Origin: Yuukianura sp. NJ FZ-2021
Lineage: Eukaryota
Direction of reading: 5' to 3'
Assembly (NCBI GenBank): GCA_046563655.1
Contig: CM102285.1
Span: 9,734,001 to 9,798,000 of the forward strand
Length of the DNA stretch: 64,000 nucleotides
This document shows positions 44,800 to 58,013 of the stretch, in pieces. A program made the translations under genes and the position numbers. Each line of letters starts with the position of its first letter. The first letter of the stretch is position 1. A model generated the notes under the pieces. It saw nothing but the letters and a program-made list of their open reading frames with translations. It did no database searches and was not told the DNA's origin.

Positions 44800-47346
44800 A
44801 TGCATATTGCTGATATTCTATCCGACCCGGTGAGATATTTCACAATACTGATAATATTTAAATAGTATGTTTGTATTGAAATATTAAAAGGGGCGGAGCA
44901 AGGATGGTTTCTAATTTAAACGTTATGTTTTTTGTAGGTGTACCGAATGCCTTGCTATGAAGGCCCCACTAAAACGTCAACGACGACTACGACCATGTCT
45001 GCAACATGTCCGCTACCGAATGCTGCCACGGATTTATTCAAGAAGACAACGATGGCCTTAAAAATACCAAACGGGGATGTTGACAAGTCTCCCTTGCGAG
45101 AGCATGAGGCCTCTGCTGTAAAACAAACCCCTACTCCACCGAAACGTGTTCCGCAGGAGAGGAGGAAAGAAGACGATTACGAGGACCAAACGTTTCCAAT
45201 TATTCCATACTTGGCCAGTGTGGTGTCTTTAGTATGTATTGCCTTTGTGGCATTTTGGGGAGAATTGCTTCAGCTAAGGATACGAAAAGAGAAGAATCGA
45301 CAGGTAAGGAAAATCTGAAAATTGCGTGGTATGGAATACAGATGAGCATTAAGCAGAAACTTAATCTTTTCTGATCTTGGCAGGGTTACACCCAGTTGTA
45401 TACGTGGTGGGAAAATTTCTACCGAAATCACTTGTTGAGGAGGGTCTGGAGCGCTATGTTTACACCCATCGTTTCACCTGCCGGGCCAGGAGTTACGGTA
45501 CTGGACAGAGAGTCATCCAATCAAGGATGGTCTATAAAGTAATTGAATTGAGCTAAAGATGCTGGAATTAGCTGGAGTATTTGCTAACAAAAGTCTGTCA
45601 TGATCTTACTCTTTGTTTTTAGATTGACGTCAAATACTCGGGAGTGTATAAACTTAGGTTCCTATAACTATTTGGACATGTCGGAGAAGAACAGTCCCAA
45701 TTTCGAAGAAACAGTGAAAGTACTCAGGGAGTTTGGTGTTGGACAATGCTTCCAGGGACGTGTACAAAGTAAACAAAAACAACCTAACCAATTTTGTTTT
45801 TCAACTGCTCAGTTTTATCTTACGGTTGTAGCCGGAACAAGAGTTCATGACGAATTGGATCGACGACTAGCGGAGTTTATTGGAGTTGAAGATGCTCTTA
45901 CATTTGGAATGGGATTTGCTACAAATTCTCTCAACATCCCAGCAATTATGAATTCGGATTCGCTCATCTTCAGTGACGAACTAAATCATGCTTCCATTAT
46001 TCTGGGTATTCGCTTGACAAAAGCCAAAATTAGGATCTTCAAACACAATGGTAAGAGACGAAATGTCGGTCATTCTCTATTTCCTGTTTCTTGTCAAACT
46101 AAATTGTCTTGCTGAGAGCTTAATATCCTGGTTTCAGATATGGCGGACCTTGAAAGTCAAATTCGGAAACACATCATTGCCGGAAATCGCGGAAGACCTT
46201 GGAAGAAAATCTTTGTTGTGGTTGAGGGAGTTTACAGTATGCATGGATCCATGGCGCGACTTCCAGACCTTCTAAGGATTAAAGAAAAATATGGCGTGAT
46301 TTTATACTTGGACGAAGCACATTGCATGGGAGCAGTTGGAGCGACAGGTCGTGGGGTCACGGAGTATTTTGGCATTGATCCAAGGAAAATCGACATCATG
46401 ATGGGAACATTCGCAAAATGTAAACAAAAACAAAACGCATGCTCTATCTTAAGCAAGCGAGCCTAATTCAACTCTTTGTTTTATATTTATAGCTTTCGGT
46501 GGAATCGGTGGTTACATTGCTGGGTCCAAAAAGTTTATCGACACTTTACGGAAAAATTCAGCGGCTCATTTTTATGGAACAGTCATGCCAGCAAGTGTTG
46601 CTGCGTTTTTACTCGAAGGTGTCAAACTGCTTCAGAGCAAAGACGGTCAGCAGCGTGTCACCAACCTTCGACGGTAATTCTACACTTTGCTCAATGTTGT
46701 AGCGCCCGAATAATCTCACGTTGATTTCGTAACAGGAATACCCGGTACTTTCGCCAACGCTTGGAACAAATGGGGCTGATCGTGTCTGGGGCCTTGGATT
46801 CGCCAGTTATTCCCATTGGTAAATATTTAGTCAAGCGATTCTGCTAAAAAGTGCAATCATCTTCAACAGCTGTAATCTGACCTGCTGAATTTAATTGATT
46901 TCAGCTGTCCCAATGGCTGCTCTTGTTTACATTATTGATTTCATGAGAGCAAGGAACGTGGCGGCTGTGATGGTTAGGTACGTTTGATATACAATTAACT
47001 TTTAATTTTTAAGTCCTCCCGCCAAAGTTTGATTGTTAATCTGTTTCTTTTTAAATAGCTACCCCGCAACGCCAATTACAGAAGGCAGAATTCGCTGTTG
47101 TCTCAACGCTCATCACACTCGAGAACAGATTGATTATGTACGTCACAGATTATCCATTTTCATTTAACTCATCATCAGTCAGCTTTTAAGAGATATCGAT
47201 ATCCTATCTGATTTACTGTATACAGTTCTAATTGATTTCTACTATGTAATGTGTAGGTGCTGAAGTGCTTTGATGAACTAGCAGATACAATTGGGATTTT
47301 ACGAATCTCATCGAGACCTCGAGAACTTGGAGTGATCGAGTACTAA
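44800..47346 (+). CDS. Serine palmitoyltransferase LCB2/SPTLC2-3-like subunit (divergent)
   Basis: CINLGSYNYL, FGMGFATNSLNIP, SDELNHASI, FKHN, VVEGVYSM, YLDEAH, PLP lysine in GTFAKSFG, DSPVIP, YPATP. First exon MHIADILSDP (start less certain). Confidence 0.9.
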
Positions 47347-47832
47347 TTAATGGACGAGGAAGAATTTTAACGTCAATTACAAATCCACTTCCACCGCTTG
47401 TTTTCCTTTACTAAAACATTAGTTTAAAAATATTGTAACTCTAGATTTTTTGACGCTGGAGACTCGGAGCAGAAGACTTTTTAAATCCTCCTGTTCCAGG
47501 CCACTGCGAAAGCATTTCTTGGTCTCTTGCTTCAGAAGTTCTAGGAATATTACTGTCTTCGAATGCCTGTATTTGATTATATTCTAAATCTGAAACTTCC
47601 ACAAAGAATTTCCACAATTACATAACTTCCAGAACTACTACTGACGAAAACATTTTCGAAATCCGCTTTTTCTAAACTTCGTCCACACATGTAAATATTA
47701 AATACTAAATACTGTTAAACGCTAAATATAAACAGTGTTCCCTTTTAGTCTAAACGATTTCGATTAGCATCTAACTATACGCAAACCTAAGACATAAAAT
47801 GTTACTAACAACAGGAAAAGGATGTACGAGTT

Positions 47833-48182
47833 AAAATCCGGATTTATCCTCAGGTTTTTGGCGCGGATTCTATATCCGAAATCCGGATTTCAGTCCGGAT
47901 TGCCCTTCAAAACCATGTGTAAAAAAATCACCCTTCTCCTTCGTAATCTACATTTAGGTAACCTATGGGAGCTTAAAATGCACATATGCTTATTCCCATT
48001 ATAAAATTCAACAATTTCCTTACGAAAGGTACCATGTACCCAAACATTCGACACCGGATTTTGTCCACCAGACATCTGAACTCCGGATAAATCCAAAACA
48101 ACGGATAAGTGTGAAATCTGGATAAACACGAAATCCGGATAAATCCGACAGAAATCCGGATTTTTGTAAATCTCACGGATTT
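47833..48182. repeat. Cluster of palindromic ATCCGGAT motifs, probable degenerate MITE
   Basis: Perfect ATCCGGAT at 47836, 47881, 48133 and 48154, plus several one-mismatch variants, in two groups. Confidence 0.55.
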
Positions 48183-48209
48183 GAGACCTATGATGTCGAT
48201 GTCACCTGT

Positions 48210-51200
48210 TTATTTCAAGAGGTCAAGGATTCCCAAGTCTTCATGGAAGGAGGATCCCGGTGGCTGTTGCTGTGGAAGTTGATTCTGCTGACCTTGTGCT
48301 GGCATTCTTATTCTAGTATTAAAACCACTTGCAGCGCCTGGTCCAACATTTGACCCTGGTTGTTGCAACAAATGCTTGAGTCTCGTATTCATTTGTTGTC
48401 CTCCAGGCCCCTGTTGCATTCTCTGAGGAGCCATTCCTGGTCTCATGCCTTGTCCAGCCATCATTTGACCTGGCTGCATCTGACCTTGACCAGGAATTTG
48501 ACCTGGATTTCCCATTTGGTTCGCTAAGGTCATGGGACCTTGGCCGCCAATCTGAGGTTGGTTCATCATTTGACCTGGTCCAGGACCCTGAGTTGACTGA
48601 AGCTGTTGGTTGTAATTTAATTCACGTTGTTGTGCTTGGGCTTGCTCAAGAGCTTGTTTCAACTGTTGAATTCGAAGAGCATTCTGTTGACGTTCCAGTT
48701 CAGTGTTGTCTGGAGCAGGAATCTGCGGACTCCCACCTAATTGCTGCTGAAGTTGGGATGGATTGGACATCATTTGAGGTTGAGATGACATTTGCTGTAC
48801 GGAAACAGGAAGTCCTGGTGATGATTGCTGCTGTTGCTGTGCTCCTTGACCCTGGATGACCATTCCACCTTGCATGCCAGGACCAGTGAATGCTTGGGGT
48901 ATGCTGGGTGGAATGCCCGGCCCCTGGCGAATGGCTGCTTGTTGAGTCTTCTGCTGCTGAATCACTTTTCGAATCCGGTCTACAAACCCAGCTTGATCGT
49001 TTGGTATGAATCCTAAGTAGGCATTTCGCTCTTTGCTGTACAGCAAAATCAAAACTTTGATTGTACAAGCATTTTGGGGCATTCCACTTCCAGTGAAATG
49101 GACACATCCAGCCTAAAATGAGATAAATCGGTTTAGCCTATCTTAATTTACAAAGTAAACCCCAATGAATATGCAAAACTTACAAATCCAGAATCCATAA
49201 CTTTCGTCAGTGATACCAAGGCTTCACAAGGTTGAAGAATAAACAGTACCGTTTTCACGTCAAGAAAATAAGTCCCCCCTAAGTTTCCCACAATTTGTTT
49301 TGGAATGAGCTGCATAATGAGTTTTGAGGGCCAACCATCTCCCTTGACCTCTGGCTCGTTATTCACGACAGTTGAGGAGACGTGGCACGGAACTTGCCTT
49401 GGGATTTTCAAGCCTTCCGGAGTACCTAAAAAGTATACTCCAGCAAGTTATAATAATAAAATTATAAGTTATAAAAGATATAACTTATTTTACAATGTTT
49501 AAAATAACAAAACGTCAAAAACTAGAGAGACCTTCACCTTTCTGCTTTTCGTGCCACTCCAGGAATCCATTCCAGATGATACGACGTTCCCTCTGCAGCG
49601 TTGGACTACCAAGTTGTTGTTGCAAGTTGTTTACTCCTGCAGGATTTGTATTTGGTGCTCCCGGAGAACAAGCCATTGGAGGCTGATTCAATCTGGCAAT
49701 AATTTCTTGCGGAGGCCTCTGAAGCGGACTGGATGTTGGCTGTGGATGTGGCGGGATTTGATTTGCCTATGTTAAATGAGAATTAAGTTTATTAACTTAA
49801 TTAACGCTTAACTTAATGACTCGATGGCTCATGTTCTCACCGCTTGCATTCTCGGTTGTTGTCCGCTCATCTGCATTTGCATTTGCTGTTGATTCATCTG
49901 AGCCGGCCATCGCGGCCCAGGCGACATAGACAACTGTGACCCTGGTTGCTGTTGTTGTAGAGGCATCTGTCCCTGTTGTTGCAACGTCGCTGTACTTTGT
50001 TGTTGTTGCTGTTGCATATGAGGTGCTCCTTGTTGCTGTCCCACCATGGTTTGACCTGGCTGAATTATATTCATCTGTGGATTCTGCTGTTGGAGGAGAG
50101 GAGTTTGCCCCTGCAGCATAGGATTCTGCTGTTGCTGCATTGGATTTTGACCTTGTTGCAACATTTGCCCTTGACCCTGCTGCTGTTGCATTTGAGCCTG
50201 TTGCTGTTGCATAAGGTTCTGCTGTAGTTGATTCTGTTGCTGCTGCTGTTGTTGTTGTGGATGCATCCCTTGCATTTGACCTTGCTGCATCGTGATTTGC
50301 TGGTTTTGGTTCTGGGCCTGATTCTGTTGTTGTTGCAGAAGATTTTGCTGCTGCATGGCAATATTTTGCAATTGGGCTTGCTGTTGCTGTTGTTGTTGGA
50401 ATTGCTGTTGCAATTTGTTCAAATGGTGTTGCTGCGGCCCAACTTGCTGCTGGTTCATTTGTAGATGCTGATTCATCTGTTGTTGCTGATGCTGTGGAGT
50501 CATCATTGCTCCTCTGGAAGTTGGAACTTGACCTTGCGCTGGAGAAGTCATCGGTCGTGGATTTCGGAATGGCTGCTGCTGCTGCTGCTGAAACATTTGT
50601 TGTTGCATTTGCTGCTGTTGTTGTTGTTGGATTTGCATTGCTTGCTGCTGTGATAACTGAGCCATGTTGGCTTGTTGTAATTGGGCATTGGAAGGCGACT
50701 GCATTCCTGCCCCCATCGGTGAATTTTGTTGTGCGAGTTGCGGATTGGGAACTCCCATTGTGGGAGCCATGGTAGATGAAACTGGGCTCCTGGGCAGTTG
50801 CATCATGGGCGACTGCTGAGATATCGCTGGATTCGGGTTCTGCACATTCGACATAATCGGTTGTGATTGTTGTGTTGTGACAGGCAACTGTATTGATGTT
50901 GTCGTTGTATTAGGATTCTGCTGCTGTTGAACGTGAGGTGGTGCAATGGTTGACATCGTAAAATTTTCTTGATTTATTCGCGGTGGAGTAGGTGGACGTT
51001 CCTATAAAAGCATCAAGTTTGTAATAACGAATAGAACCAGATAAAAGTAGTAGCACAGGATAGTTTTATCGATACTTACGTCATTAACTTTGAGGTTGAA
51101 TCCATTTAGTAATATAAGATGTCGGACGTCACGTGAGTATCCTTTCTGATTCACAATGTCTCCTCCAGCTTGGTCAAACAATTGAATCAAACCTATGGAT

Positions 51201-52146
51201 AAACACAAATGCTTGAATGAAAGTGGATTGCAGAATATATGGTGAAAGTATCGTACTTGGAACTTTTCGTGGACTCATAATGCTGAGATGTATTTCCTTT
51301 TCCACCATGTCCGCCGCAAGTTCTTCCACCGTTTTCCCAATGTACTCTGTACCGATGCCTTCTGAACCGGAGACAGGAATTCCATATGGTTTACAATTGC
51401 AAACCAGAATAATATGCTTCTTTGCTAAAATTACCGTTCATAAGAGTGGAGGTGAATATGAGGATCAGTATAGCACAGCATGAAGTTATAGGTTAAAAAA
51501 TATTATTTACCGACTGCATCCGTCACTGTATTACGGAAACTCGTCAGGTCCTCTAAACATTCCATGGCGGCTGCAAGTCCCTCTGCCACGCTTGACATAG
51601 CCTCGCCGTGACCGCCATTGAACCTAGTAAGAAACAATGATATTAAATTCGAAACATGAATTGTCATGATATAAAGGTTTTTGATTGAGTTTGAGTATGA
51701 AATTACTTTATTCGGTCAACTTGGCATAGTAGTTTATAGGAAGTATTCAGCGGACCAAAGGTGTCAATGAGGACCCCCGGAAGAGCATCCGCAGCATGAA
51801 AGACAACCAATCCATACAGACAGTAATTGCTCTAATAAATAAAAAAAAAACGTAAATTATCATCAGAGTAGGTCCAATGTTCATGCGAAATGATCCATAG
51901 GAAACGCTTACATCCGAACCACAGTCCTTCTCATCGATAGGGCCCGAAAAGTATCTAATTGGAAAGGGGAGGCATTAATTTAAATGCTGAGATTCATTTC
52001 TAAATAAGCAAACGGAATTTGTTTTTCCTAGCTTACTCCAATGTTGGTATGATGTACTGCGAACGAAGCTCATGCAAATAGGCGCCACACAGTGCTGTGC
52101 CCTCTACTACAAATATTACGTCCGTGTGTTGACCAATGTGTGCCAT
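48210..52146 (-). CDS. MED25: Mediator complex subunit 25
   Basis: N-terminal VWA domain ([10 protein letters not shown]...YIIPTLEYF, AEGLAAA, ILVCN, SIMSPRK), long Q-rich linker, ACID/PTOV domain ([44 protein letters not shown]), LKHLL NR box. Confidence 0.95.
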
Positions 52147-53117
52147 GTCGTTCTATCGGTTCCTGAAATGCAGAATTTAAATCTTTTTACACGTTTTCAC
52201 GTGATATAATCAATCTCTCATTAGTTGAACTACGATGCAGTTTTATCATAGCGTATGACCGCTCATGTAATAAAAATAAAACAACGAATAAAAATGAACC
52301 TGGGTCAGTACTTTCTTATGGAAGCAACTTCGCCTAGATCTAAATTGAAACTAAAACGAAATTAAATTGTAGAATTTCAATTTCGCATTACCAAAAAGTA
52401 ACGCTTGCAAAACAAACACTGCTGAAATGTACTGTATTTCAAATTTGAAGGGAATCGCGACACCGTTAATCACGTCACGATTAACTACAACTATAACTGC
52501 TGTTTCACACCCAAAATCCAGATCCAACTTCCTCAAAACTCAATTCTTTATGTCATCAATCAAATTAACAAATAAAAAACAGCAAATTAAGCACTTAGGT
52601 CGCCAGATTTTATGATGACAGCTGAGATAAACAAAATTCTGATTCCTCTATGCTTACGATAGTCTAGTACCGATCTGGGAATTAGTATGAAAAGTCTTCG
52701 CCAGAAACCTTTTTTTTTGATAAATTCAAGCTAATCATTAACAAAACTCAGTAGTGTAAAATACGTTAGTAAAATTATCATAATTTTTGATATAATTGAA
52801 ACATCATAACTTTAATTAATTTTGCAGATTTGTTCTTAATAACCCCAGCTTTAATTAGGGTTAACAGGATGAGATAGGAGTAGCTTCTTGTCAACCACCT
52901 AAAATAAAAGCGTTGACTTTGTTGACGATTTTTGAAGGCTGTACTCTTTGTCCATAATAAGAAAGCACATGTGTAACGTTTTAAATGCGGCTTTGCTGCT
53001 CGTTGTTGATCGTTGATTGCCTACTGATTACGATTAGTACTAGTTAATTAACTTTTACTACTAACGAGAACAATTAGTTGTAATTGAAGTTCGGCAGTCG
53101 AGCTACTTGGGTCTTGG

Positions 53118-55429
53118 ATGATTCATAATACCGGAAGAATTCACTTTCAAAGATTATTCAACGTAAGTTCATGCTCTATCTGTCATCTGTCTGTTTTGTT
53201 TTTGCTCAAATCGTCATTTTGCGCATGCATTGGGATGACGGATCGCGGGAAGAAGATTTGATGTCGCCATTTTGGAATTCTAAATTAATCTTTGTTTCAT
53301 TTTAAGGTTATCGCTCGTAAAATTCCAGCTGGACCTCTTGTGAAACAGAACCATATTATGAATTGTTCCTCTGCTAATTTCCAAGGATCACGGCATTCTC
53401 CAACTGGTGAATGTGGGAATTGTACTGCCACCATACGGGAACATTCCAAGCACCGGAATGGAAAACCATATTTGTTTTGGCTGTCCAACGCACATGCCAA
53501 TTTTATGAAAGCTGTACGGAAAAATAATGCTTCCGTGTATCAAAAAATATTTAAATAAGACTTAAATGTTTCATTTTCTAATAGGAGCTAGAAGCGTTGC
53601 TCAAGTTATTCAATCTCAGTAACAGCATATTGGATGATGGAATTTGGTACGGGGTAAGATTTGATTATGACAACGAACGCAAAAGCTCATATGCTGCTTC
53701 TGATGTTAACTTCAAGCATTGATGTATTTTTGATTATTTCTCTCGGGAATTAGCCCATGGCCATTTTGAATTTTCAAAGTGAAGAAGACGCACAGAAAAT
53801 TCTATCACGCAGTGTTTTGGTCCACTCCTGTTTTGAACTTTGGGCGTCCGGAAGCACAATGGAGGAATTGCATTCGTACTTGGGAAAGAATTTAGAAGTG
53901 GCTGCTCCTTACGTACAAAAAAGTTTCCGTTTCCGAGTGGATATTTATGGAAAGAAAGTACCTCATCAAGAAAAAGTCAAGATAATTGACGTAAAATATC
54001 ATTTTAATCGAATACTCCTTTCTTATTTGCCATATTTGGTGTGTTGATTTCACACAGTCCTTCGACTACATTCCACTCGATGGACCAGTAGAACTTTCCA
54101 ATCCTGAATGCAGTCTCCACCTCGTCCAGTATTTCCATCGTGATGATAAAGAGGCTGCTGAGAACCCTGATGCTGTTTTCTTCGGGAGATGGGTGGGTAG
54201 AGCAAACGTCGGTTTTTTATGTAAACTCGTCGTGTAATTTAACGTGCCACTTTTTGTTCCAAGATAGGGGATGCTCAGAGGGATATAATCTCCAAAATCT
54301 CATTGAAGACGAGAAAATTCATCGGCAACACATCCATGGATCCTTTGCTGTCTCTGTTGATGTCGAATTTAGCCCACGTACGTCAAAATTCCATAGTGTA
54401 CGATCCCTTTGTTGGCACTGGTTCTCTTCTTATTGCATCTGCTCTCATGGGAGCATACGTTCTCGGAACCGACATTGACTACCTAATGCTTCATGCTAAA
54501 TCCAAGCCATCGAAAGCACGAGTTGTAAGCAAACGAATCAATTCATGAAATCTTGTTTAAAATGCTCGTTTACGTGGATTTACGCTTCTTTGTTTAGGCA
54601 AAACGAGACTCTGACGAAAGCATATTTGGTAACTTGCTCCAGTATGGTGTGCAAAACCGATACATCGACGTTTTAATTGCAGACGCTTCTTTGCCTTTGT
54701 TCAGAACCGAGTTGAGATTTGATGCCATCATCACTGACCGTAAGTTGTTGATGTTGATATACTCTTTTGCAATCGCTGCTCTTGTCTATAGTAAAAACTA
54801 ATTTTTCGTTGCAGCACCATACGGTGTCCGAGAATCCACTGAAAGAATTGGTTCTCCAAAAGTTGATCCTACTGTTCCGGAAGAGCATCTAGAACATCAT
54901 TTCCCACAGAAAATTGGGTATTCTCTCGGTGACATTTTCAGAGACCTACTTGATTTCGCAGCGCAACGATTACATATTGGTGGACGATTGGTTTGCTGGA
55001 TCCCAGTTGCACGGTAATTTTAATCATTGCTTTCCAAATCATTAGGAATGGTCTTTGCCGTACTCCATTTTTGATGAATTTTAGTTCAACAGTTTATCTT
55101 TTTGACTGTTTAGACTATTCTACAATGCAGATCATTTACCACGAAACAAATGTTTTCATTTAGTTTCGAATTGTGAACAAGCGTTCGGATTAAACGTAGG
55201 AAGGAGGCTTCTTGTTTACGAAAAAATTGCCGAACCTGATGTAAGATTCAATTTTATGGAAACGCAACTCCATCAATACAATTTTTGTAGTTCAAAATGA
55301 TGGTGGTTTCAGGAGACTTGCAAGACAAGCATGGAAGACCAATCTGACATGTACAGGTTCAAGTTTTCCGAAAATCGGATTGAAAGAGAAAATAAGAAAC
55401 AGAAAAAACAACCTGGACCGAAACTGTGA
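53118..55429 (+). CDS. TRMT11: tRNA m2G10 methyltransferase
   Basis: YLFWLS..H..F...EL, SRSVLV, FFGRWI, RKFIGNTSMD, VYDPFVGTGSLL, GTDID, DAIITDPPYGVRE. The start could be ATG 53118 or 53358. Confidence 0.93.
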
Positions 55430-55982
55430 AACTGATTATAAAGAACCCCTCCCTCCATCATCGTTGGTTGCCATCAAACGCCAATCGATGTTCAGGTCAA
55501 ATTGCTAAATATTCCTTACTTTTTTTAATAAATCGATACTTCCAAGTTCCAAGCATTGTTCTAACAAGTATGTGTTTGTGAAGGAAACAGCTGAGAAAGC
55601 TGTACTTTTAGAGCGGCAATTCTCATTCATGGATTGCTTTTCTTGTGGTTGCTATTAAATTTTTGTTTAATTTACTTTGACGAAAGAGAATTCACAAACA
55701 CAATCACGTTATGAACACGATACACGATTACACTTTATTATCAGTTCTATCCTAAATATCATTACAGGGCGAACGAAGGAAAAAAAGTCTAATTGAACTT
55801 TGAATTAATTTCGCAGGGCTCGTCATCGTGCATGATCGACGCACAGCTGATGCAATAAATTAAAGTGAAGCACAAGGAGAAGGGAACGTGAACGTAGAGG
55901 AACGAAAGATGGTAAATTCTATCCCTATACTGCCGGTGTCGCTGGTTAGGACGTACTTGAACGCGTAATCCGAACAAACGCA

Positions 55983-58013
55983 ATGTTGTTCCGAAGAGGA
56001 TGTACAAAACTATGGTCAATCTGCGGCTTTCCGTTCGAGCATGGTTACTCGGTTACAAATCCTAAAGCTTCAGGAATTTCCTATCTACAATTCAAGTTCC
56101 GATGTTACTATTCAACAAGGATATCACCGAACGAGGTAAAAAAAATCGAATGGTTTCCTTTATCTGCGTTGGCGACATTGATTAATTTATTTGTGGATTC
56201 AATTTCAGGTAACGCTAATTTTACGAGCTAATGAAAATTCGGAAGACATCAACTTAGGTTCGATTAAGTCGTTTGATACAAATCAACTGGCCTCAAACTC
56301 TCCAATAGAAGACGTCCGTGCAGAAGCTAGATGTCTACTAACAACAGGTTAAATTATCGATTCTAATTATAAGTTTGAATCTGATTTGCTAAAATCTTGG
56401 TAATTTTCTCAGGAATGCTGTTTGGGATTTTGGATGGACATGGTGGACCCGCCTGTGCTCAAGTCGTATCGAAGAGATTATTCAACTGTAAGTCTACCTT
56501 CTGCACTAAATATGAGGCAGAGGACTTAGTAAACATTTCTTAATTTCGTTTGATTTCCATTTTTATAGACATCGCGGCTTCACTACTTCCAGCCGATATT
56601 CTTCATAAAATACTCAACCCAAACCAAACGCAGTCCATGAATCTTCATCTGTTAGAAACATTTAACGACCGGTATGACATGGTGGAAGATCTCGAAGTCC
56701 TCTATCGCCAGAGTTTTCAGCAGTTTCTCAAAGAACTGGCATTGAGAGATCAATCACAGTTTTTGATGAGGACGGAGCTGGAAACAGCGTTTGTTCGATT
56801 AGATGATCATATTATGCGAGAAGCGAAAGGTGAACTTCCGTCCCCGGAACATTTTCGAAGCGATGAAAACTTGATCAAGAAAACTGTATCGGTTGCCTTG
56901 TCAGGCGCAGTTGCCGCCGTCGCTCACATTGACGGGGAGCATGTTCACGTTGCAAGCTGTAGGTGATATCGCAAGCATCACTGAAACAACCTTCTACGGA
57001 TTTCGTTTAGCAGGTTCTTGATTGTGATTATGAACTGTTTTTAGGCGGTGATTGCCAAGTTGTACTTGGAACGAGAATAAGTGAAGTAGACGATTTGTCA
57101 ACGGGATGGGTTGCTGTCCCACTAACGCATGAGCACAACGCTGACAATGAAGCCGAAGTTCAACGAATACTTCAGGTAATTTGTAATGCTAATGTACTTT
57201 TACATGTTGAAAGAAATAACACAAAACGCTTTATGTTCAACTGATTCCAGGAACATCCAGAGGCAGAGCGAGATAAAATTATTGTGAATGAAAGGCTGCT
57301 TGGGAATTTAGCTCCTCTGAGAGCGTTTGGTGATTGTCGGTAATGTGAAGTTAAAAATTTGTAAAAATGTTAAAGTTTCCTGGAATTCGAATCCAATGTA
57401 GTGCTAAATATTTTTTGTCATAATTAGGTTCAAGATGACAAAAAAAGAAATTGCTGAATGTTTAGTACCTCTTCTCGGGTCCCAAGCCATCATGAACAGT
57501 ACGTCAATCTAATTCATGGCTTTAATTCAAATTGGACGAGGAATTGACGCTCTTGCTATTTTAGGCAGTATTTCACCACCGTACCTAACTGCCAAACCGG
57601 AAGTCACTTACCATCGCCTCCGTCCAAAAGACAGCTTCATCATTATTGGGTCCGATGGCCTCTGGGACTTCCTCTCTCCCGCTGAAGCCGTTCGACTCGT
57701 AGGAGAGCACATGTCTGGAAAGACTGTACTGAGTCCATTTTCACTGCCACAGGGAAAGGACGACATCAAGCTGCGATCAATTCATGCGACGTTGATGCGA
57801 CGATTGGAATCCTTCAAACTGAAACCCATGGACTCAAATGCTGCTACGCACTTGATCCGTCATGCGCTGAGTGGAACTGACTACGGTTTAGATCATAACA
57901 GACTTAGCTATTATTTGACTATGCCGCAGGATACTGTTCGACTCTTCCGCGACGACATTTCGGCCACAGTGATCTTCCTAGATACAGAATTTTTGAGTCA
58001 ACGTCCGTTATAG
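55983..58013 (+). CDS. PDP1: Pyruvate dehydrogenase phosphatase catalytic subunit (PP2C family)
   Basis: Presequence, NQLASNSPIED, LFGILDGHGG.AC, SGAVA.VAHIDG, GDC, RLLG.LAPLRAFGD, PPYLTA.PEV, SDGLWD, DSNAATHLIRHAL, FRDDI. Confidence 0.94.

Noticed and set aside
49936..50775. Poly-Leu/Val/Ala ORFs on the + strand
   Set aside because: Antisense translation of the MED25 CAG/CAA-rich exon.
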